Positions 60,565 through 64,000 of a stretch of DNA of 64,000 nucleotides are shown piece by piece. Location: NCBI GenBank assembly GCA_036918135.1, contig JBALDB010000053.1, positions 96,001 to 160,000 on the forward strand. Direction: 5' to 3'. Under the pieces are notes generated by a model that did no database searches, was not told where the DNA came from, and saw only the letters and a list, made by a program, of their open reading frames with translations. The stretch is from Nostoc sp. GTDB lineage: Bacteria; Cyanobacteriota; Cyanobacteriia; Cyanobacteriales; Nostocaceae. Both the position numbers and the translations under genes were made by a program. Each line of letters begins with the position of its first letter. Position 1 is the first letter of the stretch.

Positions 60565-61869
60565 ATGAAAATTGGCATCATTGGCGGAGGAATAACTGGG
60601 CTAGTATTAGCCCAACGTCTTTCACACCAAGGACATATAGTAACTGTTTTTGATAACAACAACCAGCTTGGTGGACTCACTACCTATCACGATTACGGCT
60701 TATTTACCTGGGATCGCTTTTATCACGTTATCCTACCTTCTGATACTCATTTAATAAATTTTATTAGAGATATTGGGCTTGGAGATCGACTACGTTGGCA
60801 TCGTAGTTTAACAGGGTTTTATGACAATAAAAAATTTTATTCTATCAGTAACGCTGTAGAATTTCTGCGCTTTCCTCTCTTTGGACTGAGTGGTAAAATT
60901 AGATTAGCTTTTACTCTTTTATATGGTTCGCGCGTTAAAAATTGGCAACGTTTAGAAAAAATTTTAGTCGAAAATTGGTTATTAAAACTTGGTGGGAGAA
61001 ACACATACGAAAAGCTTTGGAAACCCTTACTTCTATCAAAATTAGGAGATAACTATAAGCGAATCTCAGCTGTCTTTATTTGGGCTTATATTAGAAGACT
61101 ATTTTCAGCTCGGGATTCTTCATTAAGTAAAGAACAACTTGGTTATGTCTCTGGCGGTTACAAGACTGTAATAGACCGTTTAGAACAATTAATTAACGCA
61201 GCTGGAGGTCATATTCGCACGAGTACTGCGGTAGAATATATCGCACCTGCTCAAGAGGGTGGAATTTGGGTAGAATCTCAAGGGAAAAAGGAACATTTTG
61301 ATAAAGTCATTTTTACTGGTCCAGTTAATATCCTCCAACAGGTTGTTGCAAATGGACTAGTGAAAATTTCTCCGACTCGGGAAACAGTAGAGTACCTGGG
61401 TGTCATTTGCATGGTACTTATTACTCGCAAGGCTTTAATTCCTTATTACGTAGTAAATATTGCCGATAGAAATATTCCCTTTACCGGAGTTATCGGGATG
61501 AGCAACCTAGTTTCTTTGCAAGAAACGGCAGGGTATCACATGACATTTTTACCAAAATATATACTTTCCACTGACCCGTTGTTAAAACAGCCAGATAGCG
61601 AATTGCGCCAACAATTTTTTCAAGCTATACGTTTGATGTTCCCAGAACTAAAACAAGATGACATTGTAGCAGCACACATTAATCGAGCTATGAAAGTTCA
61701 GCCACTACAAGTTTTAGACTATTCAAGTCTTGTTCCCCAAGTGAGTACTGAAAACCCTGACTTTTTCGTTGTTAATACCTCACAGTTCGTGAATGATAGC
61801 GTCAATAACAACGCAGTTGTCAGACACGTCGATGAATTTATCAAGAAATCAACATTACTGAATTCTTGA
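60565..61869 (+). CDS. FAD-dependent oxidoreductase (protoporphyrinogen/amine oxidase family)
   Basis: MKIGIIGGGITG, LGGL and DRFYHVI; start could be 60502. Confidence 0.85.
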   Translation: MKIGIIGGGITGLVLAQRLSHQGHIVTVFDNNNQLGGLTTYHDYGLFTWDRFYHVILPSDTHLINFIRDIGLGDRLRWHRSLTGFYDNKKFYSISNAVEFLRFPLFGLSGKIRLAFTLLYGSRVKNWQRLEKILVENWLLKLGGRNTYEKLWKPLLLSKLGDNYKRISAVFIWAYIRRLFSARDSSLSKEQLGYVSGGYKTVIDRLEQLINAAGGHIRTSTAVEYIAPAQEGGIWVESQGKKEHFDKVIFTGPVNILQQVVANGLVKISPTRETVEYLGVICMVLITRKALIPYYVVNIADRNIPFTGVIGMSNLVSLQETAGYHMTFLPKYILSTDPLLKQPDSELRQQFFQAIRLMFPELKQDDIVAAHINRAMKVQPLQVLDYSSLVPQVSTENPDFFVVNTSQFVNDSVNNNAVVRHVDEFIKKSTLLNS

Positions 61870-61911
61870 AATTCGAGTAGTGGTATTTTGCAAATTAAAC
61901 GAGGCATCAAT

Positions 61912-62736
61912 ATGAGTCTTTTTGTTCTTTTACCTGCATACAACGAGTCAGAATCAATTCGCCCGTTGTTCCAAAGATTTCAGGCATTGCAGCAAATCTC
62001 TAAGATGGATATTCAACTGATTTTGGTTGATGATGGCAGTAGCGATCGCACTGCTGAGACAGCGATAGAAGAATCTCAAACGCTGGGTATATCACTGAGA
62101 TTAGTACAACATGCTAAAAATGCTGGTTTAGGTCAAGCAATTAAAACAGGCTTCACAACTTTCTTAGACATTTCTCAAGAAGGGGATTTTTTAGCCGCAA
62201 TGGATTGCGATGATACTCAACCACCAGAACTATTAATCAAAATGTATGAAACAGTGATAGCTGGTGGTTATGATATTGCGATCGCATCTAGATATCGCAA
62301 AGGCTCTAAAGTTATCGGCTTATCAAAATTTAGAGAAATGATGAGCTACGGAGCCAGTTGGCTATTTAGAATTGCAGCACGCATACCAGGTGTTAGAGAT
62401 TACACTTGTGGTTACAGGCTGTATAACCGTACTTTCCTTAGTAAGCTCGATATGTACTATGGAGAGAATTTATTCACCGAAAGTGGATTTGCTTGCATGA
62501 TAGATTTACTGCTGAAAGCTAAAGTATTCAAACCCAGAATCGTAGAAGTTCCAATGGTTTTGAGATACGATCAAAAGCCGACTGCCAGCAAAATGAAAAT
62601 TCTCAAAACTATTGTTCGGACGCTGAAGCTTTTATTGAAGAATCTATCATCAATAAGACCAACTCCCAATTTAGAGCAAACCTTTGACAGTCGAGAAACA
62701 GCAAGAATTCCTTTGAAAATTGCAAATCGTAAATAA
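61912..62736 (+). CDS. GT2 polyprenol-phosphate glycosyltransferase (DPM synthase / ArnC-like)
   Basis: LPAYNE, VDDGSSD, MDCDDTQ, ASRY and DYTCGYRLY. Confidence 0.88.
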   Translation: MSLFVLLPAYNESESIRPLFQRFQALQQISKMDIQLILVDDGSSDRTAETAIEESQTLGISLRLVQHAKNAGLGQAIKTGFTTFLDISQEGDFLAAMDCDDTQPPELLIKMYETVIAGGYDIAIASRYRKGSKVIGLSKFREMMSYGASWLFRIAARIPGVRDYTCGYRLYNRTFLSKLDMYYGENLFTESGFACMIDLLLKAKVFKPRIVEVPMVLRYDQKPTASKMKILKTIVRTLKLLLKNLSSIRPTPNLEQTFDSRETARIPLKIANRK

Positions 62737-63010
62737 ACCTGACAAGGAGAGTCTGGAGCAAATTAACCCCATCAGCAAACAAAATTACATATTTTGTAGG
62801 AGTTATAATAATTCCTAATTCGCAATTATCAACTCATACCTGTTAGCATTTTGTAGCTGTTTTGGTTAACAAAAGTGCAACCTAAATACATATAAGTACA
62901 TTTCATTTATTTGAACCACAATCTTTTCTAGGGGCGTACACTTGTACGCCCCTTCATGGTTTAGTTACTCCAAAATTAGACTTCTTGCAGAAGTTTTGAA
63001 AAATCTAGGT

Positions 63011-63179
63011 GTAGGTTGGGTTAAGGAATGTAGCTTGCTTCCCGCTAGGGTAATCCATCACCAAAAATCCTCGATTTTGTTCGGTTTTACTATCTCTAAA
63101 ACGCCACTTGCTTCTCCTGTCGGAGACGCTACGCGAACAATTCGGGAAACCTGCCCAACGCAGTGGCTCCCCAACCTAC
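63011..63179. repeat. REP-like GTAGGTTGGG...CCCAACCTAC element with nested small repeats
   Basis: Same modules as 12284-12422 plus an extra CTCCTGTCGGAGACGCTACGCGAAC insert; preceded by a TAGACTTCTTGCA MITE end near 62978. Confidence 0.7.
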
Positions 63180-63234
63180 CAATATTTTTATTTTTTCAGA
63201 GTAATAAAAGAGCGGTAAACATTAGCTTTATTTA

Positions 63235-63837
63235 TTACCAGGGTGGAACGATACCATAGATAATTTGAATATTTTGCTTCATACCAAGGTCAGTAACAGC
63301 GACAAGATATTGTAACAAGGCATCAACATCCTTAATAGCTTTAGCGGTAAGCCGGACTTTTCCAGTTGGTGTTTGTGTCCAAGAAAATGCCGGAATTGGA
63401 AAACCATGAGCAAAACTGTGTCTGACTTGCAGAATATCGTTTAGCATCTGTCGAGTGGCGAGTCCATTCATGCTTCTTTTTGACCAAACCCAATCATTGA
63501 TAGGGTCATAGCCAGTATATTGAAACAAAAGGTTACGCGAATTATCTGCATTTGGTGTATTAAATTGTTTAAGCGATCGCTCTGCTGCATTTTTAGCGAT
63601 AGAATGTACAGCATGAAACTGAGGATCTAAAGGATTTGCAGTTACATCAAAAAAGTTGCGAACTAGTTCCTCAATATAAGCCTCCCATCCAGCAACAAAC
63701 ATTGCTAGAGCAGAGTGATAATAGACTTGAGTTTGGCTATTTAATATTGGGCGCAAGCGGGGATCTGTCGCAGTATTACGCAAGACACGAGCCTTATAAG
63801 CCGCTTTATGGTATCTTGATGCTGCTGATGATGGCAC
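63235..63837 (-). CDS. HEPN-domain protein (putative RNase)
   Basis: AGWEAYIE helix and Rx4H motif VRHSFAHG. Confidence 0.78.
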   Translation of the reverse strand: MPSSAASRYHKAAYKARVLRNTATDPRLRPILNSQTQVYYHSALAMFVAGWEAYIEELVRNFFDVTANPLDPQFHAVHSIAKNAAERSLKQFNTPNADNSRNLLFQYTGYDPINDWVWSKRSMNGLATRQMLNDILQVRHSFAHGFPIPAFSWTQTPTGKVRLTAKAIKDVDALLQYLVAVTDLGMKQNIQIIYGIVPPW

Positions 63838-63847
63838 GGTGATGCTC

Positions 63848-64000
63848 TCAAAGACAATTCACAAACTCTTCAAGTGCATCTCGATACCTCTGTAATGGCT
63901 CTGGATTTAATTGCACTTGCTGTTCACCAATTTTTTTGATACCTGGTTTGAGTTTATGTAAAGGGGTGCCAGTTGTTGCAACAACCATAGCAACAGTATG
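63848..64000 (-). CDS. C-terminus of the upstream partner gene (possibly a ParA-family ATPase); cut by the window edge
   Basis: Open frame ...HTVAMVVATTGTPLHKLKPGIKKIGEQQVQLNPEPLQRYRDALEEFVNCL*, stop 10 nt before the HEPN start. Confidence 0.55.
   Translation of the reverse strand, partial: HTVAMVVATTGTPLHKLKPGIKKIGEQQVQLNPEPLQRYRDALEEFVNCL

Larger units (their letters stand above)
1..64000. repeat. HIP1 octamer GCGATCGC dispersed across the window
   Basis: Many copies, for example 1451, 27620, 28425 and 29151; a cyanobacterial hallmark. Confidence 0.95.

Overview
This 64-kb window is chromosomal DNA from a heterocyst-forming cyanobacterium (Nostocales). The assignment rests on patA, dense HIP1 GCGATCGC octamers, STRR-type heptamer repeats and small dispersed repeats. 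Most genes are housekeeping or signalling: cyaB-type adenylate cyclase, patA plus a CheY-like regulator, pyrC-like, cysE, hrcA, yebC, a UbiH-family hydroxylase, slt, petJ, tex and an rbp. Six accessory features stand out. (1) The class II ribonucleotide reductase nrdJ is split inside its catalytic NPCG|E motif by a 287-nt ORF-less group I intron whose paired elements can be read from the sequence. (2) A tightly coupled two-gene module pairs a small protein with one hydrophobic helix and a caspase-like CHAT-STAND NTPase-TPR protein with near-identical 120-bp repeats; this is a candidate NLR-like immune or cell-death system. (3) Two related arrays of 21-bp tandem repeats each lie next to a STAND/NLR-like gene. 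(4) An uncalled secreted His/Lys-rich microprotein lies at 40849-41025. (5) A HEPN RNase gene follows a partner gene that the window edge cuts off. (6) MITEs, nested small repeats (some in frame inside hrcA, pyrC-like and DUF3352) and deletion relics are scattered throughout. I found no rRNA, tRNA, CRISPR array, reverse transcriptase or intact transposase. All family assignments come from motif recognition, not database searches.
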